Positions 49,410 to 57,902 of a stretch of DNA of 64,000 bases are shown here, piece after piece (the stretch's first letter is position 1; each line of letters starts with the position of its first letter). Under the pieces are notes generated by a model. It searched no databases and had not been told where the DNA came from. It worked only from the letters and a program-made list of their open reading frames with translations. This stretch comes from an uncultured Desulfosarcina sp. (GTDB taxonomy: Bacteria; Desulfobacterota; Desulfobacteria; Desulfobacterales; Desulfosarcinaceae): the NCBI GenBank assembly GCA_963674945.2, contig CAXXWQ010000004.1:2336001-2400000 (forward strand), written 5' to 3'. A program made the translations under genes and the position numbers.

Positions 49410-50969
49410 TTAGGAGTTGATTTCAGAGGTCTGCCGTTCATAATTCCACGGCATCCATTGATCCGGGCGGGCTTTCACCTGCTCTGAGTGTTCCCGGATG
49501 GCAACCAGATAGTCAAAAGGATTTGCAGTGCATAGTTCGCAGGTGTGGATCAGGCTCATAAACAGGTCACCGACTCGGGCACCACGTTCAGTCTTGTAGA
49601 ACAAGGCGTTTTTCCGATTCAAAATCGCTTTTTTCAAGGCGCGTTCACAAACATTATTGTCTAACGGGGCACCCGGCTGACGTAAAAACAGGGTCAGTTT
49701 CTCCCAGTGGTTGCACATATACTTGATGGCCTGGCCAAGCCCGGAGTTGGGCTCCACATTTTTTTCCTCGAACTGCTCATCAAACCAGTCTCTAAGATCC
49801 TTCATCAACGAACCGCTATGGTTCCGATGGTATTCGAGGCGCTGATCGTCAGAAAGGTTTTGCTCCCTGGCATCGGCATCGTTTTTATACACCTTGCCCA
49901 ACACGTTGAGTACATGAGTGCATTCGTCCGGGAAGTTATCGTATACATCCACGAAGCGCCGCCTTCCATGTGAGATGCAGTTGGCCAAAAGGGTTTCAAA
50001 ATCCTTGGGCACATTTCTCGACAGCGCGTCGCACATCTGGATCGGCGGACCCAGATCGGCCTGGCGCTTGGTAAGTAGATCCGCCAGGTTTTCTCCGGCA
50101 TGGTTGTTTCCGGTAAAAAACAGCCCGATTTTGTGATCGTCCGACACCGCCACCATGCCGCTGGTAAAAATGCCCTTTCTTTTGGCATCTTGTGTTTCGT
50201 TGACCAAAGAAAGAATTTTCATGGTGGTGTCGTCATTATGGATCAGCTTTGCGCCAGCCGCTTGCCGGATCAGTTCATCAAAGGCCGGGTAGGCGTGCCA
50301 ATAAAAATCCCTGACAATATCCCATTGGGTCGATGCAGGCAGCGGTATGCCGATACTGTCCTGCAGATTTTGAAGCCGGTAGAAAGGAAAGCCGTTGCCA
50401 TATTTTAAAAGAGCAATCATTGCTCCGGCGGATGCATCGTATTTTTCCTCGCCGACATCCCGTGGGGCATCGGCCGTAAAAATCTCTCCACACAGATTAC
50501 AGCGCAATTTTTCCAGCTCGTATATCGACGCTGTTAACGGCGAGGTGCCGGTGACACGGATGAGGGTTTTGGGCTGTTTATATACATAGACCTTGCCCTT
50601 GGGACAAAGCGGGCACGGATCTTTATGTTTAAGCTCACCATGAGACACCGTGATCTTCTCGGCACCGGTGTAATCATCAGCCCCATTTCGGCCATGGCCT
50701 TTTTTCTTGGCCTTGGGCGTTTTATCAGCGCTCTTCGGTTTTCGTTTTTTGACAATGGTATCGGTTTTTTCCGTGGATGCGCCGAAGATCATTTTCAGCA
50801 AGCGTTTGATGGATGCGGCTTTTTCATCCACACTGTGACTCAACACGTTGATCGTCTCGCCCATGGCCGCAATAGTTGCATAATCCTTATCCAAAAGGCT
50901 GCGAGATTTGACCCGATCGATCAGTGCGTTAAGCTCCTCGGCCGAAAGTTCGATGGGCGGCGGTGTCAT
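49410..50969 (-). CDS. tnpC: IS66 TnpC DDE transposase
   Basis: CPLC...CNLC zinc finger, HNDDT, QMCDA, CISHGRRRF, LDNNVCERALK...RKNALF. Confidence 0.93.
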   Translation of the reverse strand: MTPPPIELSAEELNALIDRVKSRSLLDKDYATIAAMGETINVLSHSVDEKAASIKRLLKMIFGASTEKTDTIVKKRKPKSADKTPKAKKKGHGRNGADDYTGAEKITVSHGELKHKDPCPLCPKGKVYVYKQPKTLIRVTGTSPLTASIYELEKLRCNLCGEIFTADAPRDVGEEKYDASAGAMIALLKYGNGFPFYRLQNLQDSIGIPLPASTQWDIVRDFYWHAYPAFDELIRQAAGAKLIHNDDTTMKILSLVNETQDAKRKGIFTSGMVAVSDDHKIGLFFTGNNHAGENLADLLTKRQADLGPPIQMCDALSRNVPKDFETLLANCISHGRRRFVDVYDNFPDECTHVLNVLGKVYKNDADAREQNLSDDQRLEYHRNHSGSLMKDLRDWFDEQFEEKNVEPNSGLGQAIKYMCNHWEKLTLFLRQPGAPLDNNVCERALKKAILNRKNALFYKTERGARVGDLFMSLIHTCELCTANPFDYLVAIREHSEQVKARPDQWMPWNYERQTSEINS

Positions 50970-51859
50970 GCGCTTTTTCCTGCGGTAAGACGAGATCTGA
51001 ACATCTTGACCAGCGGATATCCCCAAACCGCTTTGATGGATCGGTTCGGCCGGTGGGTTTGGTCATTCTTCCCACGGCCGGTGGTATCTCCCAGGTAAAT
51101 CCAGTTGGCGGCGTTGTAACAGGTGCCGGCAAACCGGTCCTTGTCCACGAAGGTTTCCAGATAATAAATGGGATGATTGTATATCGCTTGCCAATCCGTT
51201 GGCAGGATACGACGCATCCGCCCCAGAATATGAGAGGCCAGGTGTGATACGCGAACCCAGGGCAATATCAAAAAGCGGCTGTTGTATGCCATCAAATGCA
51301 GGTTCGCCATTCGCCGATGCTGGGACCAACCGATGAACCGGTCACGGCATCCGATATGCCTGGCGGCCGATGACCAGGACAGGCACGCGATGGGCCGCTT
51401 TTGAGAATAAACGATGTATTTCAGGTGTTCACCGACCGGCTGGGTGTAGCCCAAATAATGGTACTGTTCCAACAAGCTGTTGAACAACGGTTCGGCATCG
51501 GTTCGGCGAACCTGTCGGAATGTAAGGGGGGTAATGGCTGACAGCTTGCTTTCTATCGGGCATCGCTCAATGGTGATGTTCTCAGGCTCTTTTCGTCTGG
51601 CCAAAGGATTGTTCGGGGTCATTTTTTTGGCCGGCAATCGAATGTGCCCGGCCCGGTGAAGAGCGAGCATCAAGCCCCGGCAGACCATATCCCGAAAGGC
51701 GCCGTTGGCTTGGCGCCAATCCCAGGCTTGGCAAAGTTTGACGGAAAGGCGTCTTCGGCTGTCGCTCGGGTTTCGGTCGATCAGCTGCTGGATAAACGCC
51801 GCATCCTGAACTGTTACGGTTTTGCCGCGGTAGGTGAGAATCGTTTCCATGGTCGGCAT
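50966..51859 (-). CDS. DUF4338 (DruA-like) domain protein
   Basis: YHYLGY, GEHLKY, RDRFIGW, NSRFLILPW, LETFVD, GTCYNAANWIYLGDTTGRGK. Stop overlaps the tnpC ATG. Confidence 0.85.
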   Translation of the reverse strand: MPTMETILTYRGKTVTVQDAAFIQQLIDRNPSDSRRRLSVKLCQAWDWRQANGAFRDMVCRGLMLALHRAGHIRLPAKKMTPNNPLARRKEPENITIERCPIESKLSAITPLTFRQVRRTDAEPLFNSLLEQYHYLGYTQPVGEHLKYIVYSQKRPIACLSWSSAARHIGCRDRFIGWSQHRRMANLHLMAYNSRFLILPWVRVSHLASHILGRMRRILPTDWQAIYNHPIYYLETFVDKDRFAGTCYNAANWIYLGDTTGRGKNDQTHRPNRSIKAVWGYPLVKMFRSRLTAGKSA

Positions 51860-51891
51860 TCATAGCACACTCGTTACTGGAACGCAAGCCC

Positions 51892-52248
51892 CTATGCATG
51901 AATCTTTTTCCAATGCGGGGCGACCTCGATGGTGGCAAGGTCTCCGTTCCAAATCAGCGATTGCAGTTGATACGCATTGAGCCGACGCAAGACATCATCC
52001 GTGCCATTGGGCCACCAGGTAAACCGCCCTTTCGACAGCCGCTTTTGACAAAGCCAGAATCCCTGGCCGTCGTATACAATAATTTTCAATGCCGTGGCCC
52101 GTTTGTTGCGAAAAACAAATACGGCACCGGAAAATGGGTCCGCCTTGAGATGGTCACGGCAAAGCTTGGCTAATCCGTCGATGCCTTTTCGAAAATCAGC
52201 CGGCTCCACTGCAACAAAAATCCGCATGTGTGGCGTGATGGCAATCAT
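51892..52248 (-). CDS. tnpB: IS66 accessory protein TnpB
   Basis: DFRKGIDGL, DPFSGAVFVFRN, DGQGFWLCQKRLSKGRFTW. Confidence 0.95.
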   Translation of the reverse strand: MIAITPHMRIFVAVEPADFRKGIDGLAKLCRDHLKADPFSGAVFVFRNKRATALKIIVYDGQGFWLCQKRLSKGRFTWWPNGTDDVLRRLNAYQLQSLIWNGDLATIEVAPHWKKIHA

Positions 52249-52658
52249 GAAGCCATAGCCAAAAATGCTTTTCCCAGTTCCACCAGATCGGAACAGGTGG
52301 CTCCTTTTACATTCATTCTCATGACCGAACCGTTCGTTTTGATCATTTCGATGGTGGATTCAGGTAGAAGGGGTGCCGGAGCCGGCAATTCTATAAAGGG
52401 TGTGGAGAAAATCTCGCACGGGTGTTCTTCCGGCAAGTGAGTACCGGCAACTTTTTTCTTTAACGTCGTGTAGTTTACACGCAGGGCCTTTGACAGGTGG
52501 TAGATGGAGTACTCTTCTGATAGCGCGACCGCTGCCTGCCAAAGGTTTTGGGGAATTCGGGTGCGTTTCTTTCGCAGCTTTCGCCAGGATTCAAACCGCT
52601 GTTGAACTTGCTCAAGGCTGGGAGCGATTATAGAAACATCTTGGATATCGTCATTCAT
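52245..52658 (-). CDS. tnpA: IS66 accessory protein TnpA (HTH)
   Basis: FESWRK...RIPQNLWQAAV...LSKALRVNYTTLKK, FIEL. ATGA-coupled to tnpB. Confidence 0.85.
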   Translation of the reverse strand: MNDDIQDVSIIAPSLEQVQQRFESWRKLRKKRTRIPQNLWQAAVALSEEYSIYHLSKALRVNYTTLKKKVAGTHLPEEHPCEIFSTPFIELPAPAPLLPESTIEMIKTNGSVMRMNVKGATCSDLVELGKAFLAMAS

Positions 52659-53463
52659 CGGCGGGCCTCCTTATTATTGGGGTCAACCGATAATATCCCA
52701 TCTCTCAGCGGATTTCATGCACGCTTGCCGAAAACACACGGTTAATGGTGCCCACCGGAAATGGGGTGGGAGATATAGTGCTTGGCACTCGTCGGGATGT
52801 GACGATCACGCTTACAGGCGTGGATGAGGTCGGTCGGATTGTATCTGTAAATGTAAAATGAAAAGCGATAACGGGGCCAAAGAAAAGGCAGTGGGGAGGC
52901 GTTGCTTGATGGTCTTGAAAATCCTTCAGCGAAATGGGTATTCAGGTGAAGGCCGCCTCAGCTTCTGGAGTATTGCTTTTTGGCAAAGTAGCGTCATTTA
53001 GCATTTCTAATAGACGTGCCGCGTTTGGAGGTCTTTTATCTGGATTATGAGATAGTGATTGGAAAATTGGTTCAAATATATTTTTGGGACCACTCCAATC
53101 ACTTTTATCTATTACGCCGAAAGGGTGCCTGCCTGTAACAACAAACCAGAAAATACTACAGAGTTGAAAAATATCAGATTTTATAGTTATTTCATCATCG
53201 TTCCCCACCATTCTGTTTACTGCTTCGGGTGACATCCAGTATCGAGGACCAATCGCTTCTTGCACGTTAGTAAAATCCTGTTGGTTATTGTTAAAAAATT
53301 TACATAATCCTAAGTCGCTTAGAAACCATGTTTCGCCTTTGATAAGTAAGGGTCAAATAAACCCCATCTTCACATAGCCCAGATATTATGACATCATAGG
53401 CTTGGCAATGAAAATGTGTATGGGAGACGATTGTGAACCGGCCGGTAGAAAGTAAGAGAAGAA

Positions 53464-55059
53464 TCAATAGCGAAGGATCGCCAGCGTCTGTTTGTCGATA
53501 TTTTTTGGCAAAAGCGCCAGATGGTCCTCCCGCGTCCTGGCCAGCGGAAGTTTGGCGAACAGGTATCGAAGATAGGCATAGGGTTCCAGCCCATTGGCTT
53601 TGGCCGTTTCGATCAAACCGAAGAAGGTGGCGCTGGCTTCCGCACCCCGGGGCGCGCCGGAAAACAGCCAGTTCTTGCGACCCAACACGAATGGCCGGAT
53701 GACATTTTCAGCCACATTGTTGTCGGGCTTCAGAAATCCGGCATTGATATAGACAACCAGTTTGTCCCATTGGTTTAGGCAATATTGGATCGCTTTGCCG
53801 AGAAGGCTTTTCGGAGGAGCTTGCCAATGGTAGGTGTCCAGCCAGGTTTTAAATTGTTTCAGAATCGGCTTGGCCTTTTCCTGTCGCAGGTCACGGATCT
53901 GTTCATACGACAAATCCTTGTCTCGCGCATACCGTTCTATGCCATACAATGCGCCAATGTAATCCAGCGCCTCGTCGGCAAGCCCCTTGGCTGCTTTTTG
54001 TTTGCCGCGCGCCTTGCGCCCTTTGTTCACCTCGACAAATTTACGTCGGGCATGGGTCAGGCAACCTAAATGGATGATCCCTTGCTTTTGGGACAGCTGA
54101 TCATAGCCGCTGTAGCCGTCGCTTTGAACATAGCCCGAATAGTCTTCTATCATATCTTGCACTACCTTCCCACTACGGGTGGGATGATACTGGTAAAGCA
54201 CCACAGGGGCATCCAACGGGCCGCCACAAAACACCCACATATACGATTTTGTTGTATTGCTGCGGCCCGGTTCCTGAAGCACCTGAAACGGACTTTCATC
54301 GATATTGATCACAGGACCGCTTCGAATCTCCTGATGCATCAATTCGACGATCGGCTGGCAGCAACCGGCGGCCTGAATCATCCAATTGGCCATGGTTGAC
54401 CGTGAGATGTCAACGCCCAGACGGTCAAATATCTTTTGTTGGCGATGCAGGGGAAGCGCATCGGCGAATTTTGAGACAGCGATGTGGGCCAGCAGTCCCT
54501 CAGTGGCGTTGCTCTTGGGAATCAGTTGTTCTGGCGGCGGAGCGATCCTAACGGTGGGGCCGTCATCCTCGACGCCTTCGCAGGCCTTGCAGGCGTATTT
54601 GGGGCGGATGTGACGGATCACCTGGATTTTTGCCGGGATATAATCGAGCTTCTCACAGGTCTCTTCGCCGATACGGCTCAGTTCAACTCCGCAAGCACAC
54701 CGTTTCTCGGCCTCAGGGATATCGTGCAGGACCTCGACGCGGGGCAGATCCTCAGGCAACGGTTTGCGGCCACGCTTTTTGCGGGTGTGCTCCGGGACGG
54801 TGATGTCGTCATCGGCAAGGACGGGCTCTGCGGTTTCGTCGGGTTTGAACAACTGGAGTTGGTTGGGATTGACGGCCGGCAAAACTTCACTTTTGCGACC
54901 GAACAGCTCGTTCTTCAGCAGACGTACCATTTCTTGCAGATGGTCGATTTGCTGCTGCTGAGAAGAGATAATCTCCTTAAGCGATTGGGCGTCATCGGGC
55001 AGGTTGTTCGATTCCGAAAGCATGCCTGATACATAGCATAACCAATTGAATTTGTACAC
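53464..55059 (-). CDS. tnpC: IS66 TnpC transposase
   Basis: LFGRKSE, RKPLPEDLPR, IDES, QSDGYSGY, CLTHARRKF, DNNVAENVIRPFVLGRKNWLF. Confidence 0.95.
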   Translation of the reverse strand: MYKFNWLCYVSGMLSESNNLPDDAQSLKEIISSQQQQIDHLQEMVRLLKNELFGRKSEVLPAVNPNQLQLFKPDETAEPVLADDDITVPEHTRKKRGRKPLPEDLPRVEVLHDIPEAEKRCACGVELSRIGEETCEKLDYIPAKIQVIRHIRPKYACKACEGVEDDGPTVRIAPPPEQLIPKSNATEGLLAHIAVSKFADALPLHRQQKIFDRLGVDISRSTMANWMIQAAGCCQPIVELMHQEIRSGPVINIDESPFQVLQEPGRSNTTKSYMWVFCGGPLDAPVVLYQYHPTRSGKVVQDMIEDYSGYVQSDGYSGYDQLSQKQGIIHLGCLTHARRKFVEVNKGRKARGKQKAAKGLADEALDYIGALYGIERYARDKDLSYEQIRDLRQEKAKPILKQFKTWLDTYHWQAPPKSLLGKAIQYCLNQWDKLVVYINAGFLKPDNNVAENVIRPFVLGRKNWLFSGAPRGAEASATFFGLIETAKANGLEPYAYLRYLFAKLPLARTREDHLALLPKNIDKQTLAILRY

Positions 55060-55086
55060 ACTTATTTTACTTCCAGGTGGATGTTC

Positions 55087-55434
55087 TCAGCTTGCATAAC
55101 GGTAGTTTAAACGCACATGAGCATTCGTATAATCCAGTCCGGCGAGAAGCCATTCCAGTTCTTTCGCACTAAGGGAAACGACTTCTTTTGTGGTTGTTGG
55201 CCAGTGGAAACGGTGCTTCTCCAGCCGTTTGAGCCAGAGAGCAAATCCATTTTTATCCCAGTATAAAATTTTTATCATGTTCCGACGCCGATTGCAGAAG
55301 ACGAACAGGTCCCCTTCGAAGGGATTCAAATCCATGGCCTGTTCCACCAAAACCGAAAGCCCGTTGATCGATTTGCGCATATCGGTATTACCCACGGCCA
55401 GAAAGACCCTTTTGGGATTGGTGGGCAACATCAT
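55087..55434 (-). CDS. tnpB: IS66 accessory protein TnpB
   Basis: TDMRKSINGL, LFVFCNRRR, KILYWDKNGFALWLKRLE. Confidence 0.95.
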   Translation of the reverse strand: MMLPTNPKRVFLAVGNTDMRKSINGLSVLVEQAMDLNPFEGDLFVFCNRRRNMIKILYWDKNGFALWLKRLEKHRFHWPTTTKEVVSLSAKELEWLLAGLDYTNAHVRLNYRYAS

Positions 55435-55760
55435 AATGTAGCCACCATTGCAACAAGCTTGTTGATTTCTATCGATCCGTTTTGATCATCGACTTCGATG
55501 GTAAATCCGTTGGGGGTATGAATACGAACGGATGGATGTTTCCTCGTCGCTGATCCGTTGAGCGCAACCGGCAAAAAAGTAACTCGGGTTTTATCAACGG
55601 GCATGATGCGCCGTTTCCAATCGTAAAACCGATGGAGAATGAGATCGTTTTTTTTACAATAGGCCCTTTGGCTTAGGCTGCTGATCTTCCATTTCTCGAT
55701 ATGATTTTCCCAAAATTTTCGCCTTTGCTTGGAATCGAATGAATCATAGTCTTCAGGCAT
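55431..55760 (-). CDS. tnpA: IS66 accessory protein TnpA
   Basis: FWENHIEKWKISSLSQRAYCKKN...FYDWKRR, FLPV. Confidence 0.9.
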   Translation of the reverse strand: MPEDYDSFDSKQRRKFWENHIEKWKISSLSQRAYCKKNDLILHRFYDWKRRIMPVDKTRVTFLPVALNGSATRKHPSVRIHTPNGFTIEVDDQNGSIEINKLVAMVATL

Positions 55761-55868
55761 GATATCTTCTCCTTTCTTTGGGGAAACACATTGCCATGCC
55801 TGAACAATTTTGTGAAGATGGGGTTAATAAACCGCTTACTTTGATAAGTATGTTTTCTGGTTTTAAGT

Positions 55869-57366
55869 CAATGTCGTTAACTTAACCGATCGGCTTGTAC
55901 TGAGGAAAATATATGCGCGGTTTCGCTTTGTGTTTGCGCGGATATTTTCTCCCCGGCCTAATCGGTTCAACGGTTCTTTGAAAAATATATTGCAAATCGG
56001 CGATCAATCGTTTGATCATCCTTTTCGTATCGAGAAACAGCAAGACGATCACACCTTTACTTTTTGACAGCGCCTGGGTGAAATTGATCTGGTATCGGTG
56101 TTTTTTATCCACAATGTCATTGTCCATCTGGTCTTGGACAGGAAAAGCCATCATCCAGACCAGGTTTTTGGCGAAAATCTTTGCGTGAAAGTCTTGATAC
56201 ACAGACAGCGCAGATTGGCCAGAAAAGTTTTCCAGTTCCATCCGGCATTTGATGATTTTGTAATCCTCTTCCACTGGCCATCTTTTGTGGTAAAGATCGC
56301 TAAACAGTTCGATTGGATATGTTCCCTTGTCAATCAGCGAAGTCATTAGCACGGCAACCTTCCCATCGTTTTCAATGCGGATCAGACGAAGTTTTAAAGG
56401 GGTTGTGTCCAACCCCATCTGTTTGCATTGGGAAACGGAGGTAGGATGAACAGGCACGGTAACAATCTTTTCCGATAGCCCGGAATGAAAAAACTTACGA
56501 ACGACTTTCCATTTCGTACAAGACACGCGGGCACAGAAGTTGGCCTCCATGGAAAGGATCAGGTTAAAAAGCCACCATGCCGGGTACCCCCTATCGAGAA
56601 GGATCAAATCCTTGGGCATGACGTTTAGCATGTGTTGCGCCGCCAGTTCGCGTTCACCGATACGTTTGGGCTTGATAAGGGCATCGACGGTCATTTTGTT
56701 GAGGACATCGAAAAGCTGAGAAACCCTTGCCATGGGAGATGGCGCACCCTGACGAACGTTCCAAACGCCAAAATGCTGGGCGACATCATCCGTCACCGGC
56801 AATTTTGTTGTAGAACCGTCAATGGCCAGCAACCGGAACCCGAACCACAACTTGGGACGAAAATGCTTTTCAAAATAGATGATTAACTGTAAATTCAATT
56901 CAACAAAGGCTTCATACTTGAGCTTCATTCGCGCTTTTGTTAAAGCTGCTTTCGATACGACCCGTCTTGCCACATCGAAGCGGCATAATGTCTTGAAGAA
57001 TCTATCCAGTTCGTCCTGGTATGAACCTTTGACAAGGTTGATGAGAAAAACGATCAAGACATGAAACGGAAGTTTTCTATTCCGTGTGAAATCGTTCTTG
57101 TTTTTTCTGTGGCGAGCGATGAAGTCAGGAGAGGAGATAATTTCTCTTATAAATTCAATTGTTTTGGCACATACATTGAAAATCAGGTTTCGTGCCAAAG
57201 TTACCAAATTTCTCGCTAATTTTCGACATGGTATGCTCCTTTTGATTATATAACTGGCTGTTATTATTGAAAGTGAGTATACCATGTCGATCCACCTAAT
57301 ACAACATAATTTGCAATATATTTGATATGTTATGCCGTTTAACTGCTTCTTAAGTTAATGGCATTG
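55869..57366 (-). mobile_element. IS4-family insertion sequence (1498 bp)
   Basis: TIRs CAATGTCGTTAACTTAA and revcomp CAATGCCATTAACTTAA (15/17). 10-bp TSD GGTTTTAAGT at 55859-55868 and 57367-57376. Confidence 0.93.
55882..57285 (-). CDS. IS4-family DDE transposase (start uncertain)
   Basis: FTRNRKLPF, LLAIDGS, LLDRGY, YHKRWPVEEDYKIIK (Y-R-E-K signature). Confidence 0.92.
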   Translation of the reverse strand: MVYSLSIITASYIIKRSIPCRKLARNLVTLARNLIFNVCAKTIEFIREIISSPDFIARHRKNKNDFTRNRKLPFHVLIVFLINLVKGSYQDELDRFFKTLCRFDVARRVVSKAALTKARMKLKYEAFVELNLQLIIYFEKHFRPKLWFGFRLLAIDGSTTKLPVTDDVAQHFGVWNVRQGAPSPMARVSQLFDVLNKMTVDALIKPKRIGERELAAQHMLNVMPKDLILLDRGYPAWWLFNLILSMEANFCARVSCTKWKVVRKFFHSGLSEKIVTVPVHPTSVSQCKQMGLDTTPLKLRLIRIENDGKVAVLMTSLIDKGTYPIELFSDLYHKRWPVEEDYKIIKCRMELENFSGQSALSVYQDFHAKIFAKNLVWMMAFPVQDQMDNDIVDKKHRYQINFTQALSKSKGVIVLLFLDTKRMIKRLIADLQYIFQRTVEPIRPGRKYPRKHKAKPRIYFPQYKPIG

Positions 57367-57902
57367 GGTTTTAAGTCTCTATGTAATGCTTTGTTATGAA
57401 GCGCGGCGAGAGCTGATGCTAAACCCTTAAATTGGGCTATATACACCTCGTAAGACACTTTGTTTTCTGCTGAAAGAATGTAATCTTTTAAGTTCTGATC
57501 AGCTTTAGGCATAATTAAAAAAGGGATTTTTTTTATTTCTTTCTTAACCTTTGCCTCTACGAACCCATCATCAATATATTGAATTAATTGTGCGTGATTA
57601 ACCTGTTTGATTATATTTATTTCTTGCTTGAATCTCCTAATTCTTTTAAATCCTTTAGCTAAGAGAAATTTTATAGCATATTCATTACCTGTTGATTGCT
57701 CGACACATTCATGAATAACCGCGTTTCCCCCGCAAGCGATTCGATCTTGAACCTCATATTGGTTGTTCGAAATAGAGCTAACCGTGTCATCAATGTGGTG
57801 AATTCCAAACTTTTTATTGTCAAAGAAAAGTGGAACAGTCAAATCATCCCCTCCTCTTTCATGACTTGATCCATATCCGTGATATATTAGCTGTTTTTAG
57901 TT

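Larger units (their letters stand above)
49309..52739 (-). mobile_element. IS66-family element with internal DUF4338-like passenger (3431 bp)
   Basis: TIRs GTGTCCTTTCGGCAACGGTGCGTAA and revcomp GTGTGTTTTCGGCAAGCGTGCATGA (19/25). 8-bp TSD GGTTAATG at 49301-49308 and 52740-52747. Confidence 0.92.
48682..52861 (+). pseudogene. Second secreted LPP20-like gene, interrupted by IS66 at 49309-52739
   Basis: Signal peptide and EARDSALQDVAEQI. Removing the IS and one TSD restores ...KRVRLMVPTGNGVGDIVLGTRRDVTITLTGVDEVGRIVSVNVK* (TGA 52859-52861). Confidence 0.82.
53346..55839 (-). mobile_element. Canonical IS66-family element (2494 bp)
   Basis: GTAAG-type TIRs (23/29). 8-bp TSD TTTGATAA at 53338-53345 and 55840-55847. 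Confidence 0.95.
52942..57842 (-). pseudogene. Hanks-type Ser/Thr protein kinase split by IS4 and IS66
   Basis: Joining 57842-57367, 55858-55840 and 53337-52942 gives 891 bp (296 aa, in frame): IACGGNAVI, YAIK, RFKQEI, HRDLKP|ENILIK|GETWFLSDLGLCK, GPRYWMSPE, KSDIFQL. GAGGAGG RBS before the TTG start. Confidence 0.92.

Noticed and set aside
50966..51859. Druantia system
   Set aside because: Only a DUF4338 gene inside an IS; no DruE-type giant helicase or other dru genes.
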